NCBI GenBank assembly: GCA_964016885.1
Contig: OZ024748.1
Coordinates: forward strand, 30,256,001-30,320,000
Direction of reading: 5' to 3'
DNA length: 64,000 nucleotides
DNA from: Eledone cirrhosa
Taxonomy: Eukaryota
The translations under genes were made by a program, and so were the position numbers. Shown one piece after another: positions 62,516 to 64,000 of the stretch. The notes beneath the pieces are model-generated. The model saw only the letters and a program-made list of their open reading frames with translations, was not told where the DNA came from and searched no databases. Every line of letters starts with the position of its first letter. The first letter of the stretch is position 1.

Positions 62516-63545
62516 GGAACTCCATTCTCTGCCCCAAATGCAAACAATGGGTACACAAGAGATGTAGCGGGATCTCAGGAAGCTTAATTAAGAATGTAGG
62601 CTTCCCATGCAGCAGCTGTGCTGGGACAGCAAGCAGCAAACAGCCACAGGAAACAAGTACCACCAATCTCTGGGAGGGCTCTGTAGAAACAGTAGACAGC
62701 TTCTGCTACCTAGGTGACCGAATTAGCAGCGGATGTGGGTATTCAGAAAGTACAATAACTAGGGTAAGAACGGGATGGAAGAAGTTTAGGGAACTACTAC
62801 CACTGCTTGCTGCAAAAGCCTTCTCCCTCAGAATGAAAGGCAGACTGTATGATGCGTGCATCCGAACAGCAATGTTGCATGGTAGTGAGACCTGGGTGCT
62901 GAAGGTGGAAGACTTACGTAGATTAGAGAGAAACGAAGCCTGCATGCTCCGATGGATGTGTAACAGTAATATACGTGAACGACAAAGCATAAATGAATTG
63001 AGAGAGAGACGGAGCATAAGAGGAATCAAATGCTGTGTGCAGGAGAGGTGGTTGCGCTGGTATGGACATGTGATGCGTATGAAGGATGACAGCTGCATAA
63101 AAAGGTGCAAAGCACTAGAAGTTGATGGAAACCGCGGAGTGGGGAGACCCAAGATGACCTGGGATGAGGTGATAAAAGCCGACCTTACCCAATTACACCT
63201 CTCTGGCGTCACGCAGTAATACAGAGTACCCGACCTCCCATGGGTACAAGCTGAAGCATAAAGACAATATGCCCCCACACCCCCCACTGCAAGGTGGTCG
63301 TGGAGGTGCCACGGCAAAAAAGCACCCAGCCCACACTGTAAAGTGGACGTGTAGGCGCCACGAAAAAGCACCCAGCACTCACTGTAAATGAGGTTGGTGT
63401 TAGGAAGGGCATCCAGCTGTAGAAATCAAGCCAAATCAGTTCCTGTATGAGCAAGGCATGGTCAGCCGACCAGACACTGCCCACAACAGGACAACCCGTC
63501 TAACCCATGCTAGCGTGGAAGAACGGACGTAAAACGGTGATGATG
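62516..63545 (+). mobile_element. RTE LINE, right part with 3' UTR
   Basis: NSILCPKCKQWVHKRC continues from 58337. Confidence 0.95.
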
Positions 63546-63662
63546 ACACCATGCAGCTTTCAGTTTAAGGAGTTGCGTTGGATTTATTTCTAGTTATCAG
63601 AAGGTATATTGTTTTATATACTATTTTTGCATCTATATTTCTCATAAAATGCTGTAGACTAT

Positions 63663-63785
63663 ACTCCTGATGAGTATTCTGAGTCTCCTGTAGTTTAATC
63701 ATAATTAATAGTTTGTGATCGATAATCGATTACATATTTTGATTTTAAATTGCAGTCTACTGAATACGAAATAGTGCTATAGGGT
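63663..63785 (+). ncRNA. Type I hammerhead ribozyme with long stem II
   Basis: ACUC-CUGAUGA-GUAUUC...GAAUAC-GAAA-UAGUGCUA-UA-GGGU. Confidence 0.75.
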
Positions 63786-63925
63786 CTCTACTGATTCCAT
63801 CTTGAGGACATATTCCTCTCTGACATATGTAATTAGTATGTATATAATATATTGTGTTTTCTTAACGATATATGGTTCTTTCTCTCTCTATATATATATA
63901 TATTTTTTTTTTCATTTGATATATA

Positions 63926-64000
63926 TCATCATCATCATCATCACCGTTTTACGTCCATTCTTCCATGCTAGCATGGGTTAGATGGGATGTGCTGTTGTGG
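63926..64000 (-). mobile_element. RTE/SINE 3' tail (continues beyond window)
   Basis: (CAT)n + CCGTTTTACGTCC, reverse complement of 63480-63545. Confidence 0.75.

Overview
AT-rich, repeat-dense animal genomic DNA. The SINE and LINE types suggest a cephalopod, probably an octopus (inferred). Host genes: three coding exons of the ciliary gene CCDC113/CFAP263 on the minus strand (33430-33545, 5684-5978, 2603-2758), with an RFX X-box beside the ATG, and a probable first coding exon of a CABIT-domain-like gene on the plus strand (47454-47588). The rest is mostly mobile DNA: many RTE LINEs carrying a PHD-like finger, CORE and Nin-type SINEs, Penelope remnants, Helitrons, mariner/piggyBac MITEs, Tx1 and R4-like fragments, a 46-bp satellite and two LTR retrotransposons. 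Three standouts. (1) An endogenous parvovirus/densovirus-like VP1 capsid gene (PLA2 domain, capsid body, own TATA/Inr) lies inside an RTE LINE and is split by a CsRn1-type Gypsy element; removing the Gypsy restores the PLA2 frame exactly. (2) A young LTR retrotransposon has a primer-binding site complementary to the 5' 12 nt of tRNA-Phe instead of a tRNA 3' end. (3) About a dozen sequence-diverse minimal type I hammerhead ribozymes lie in Penelope-like terminal-repeat remnants. All family assignments are by recalled motifs; no database search was run.
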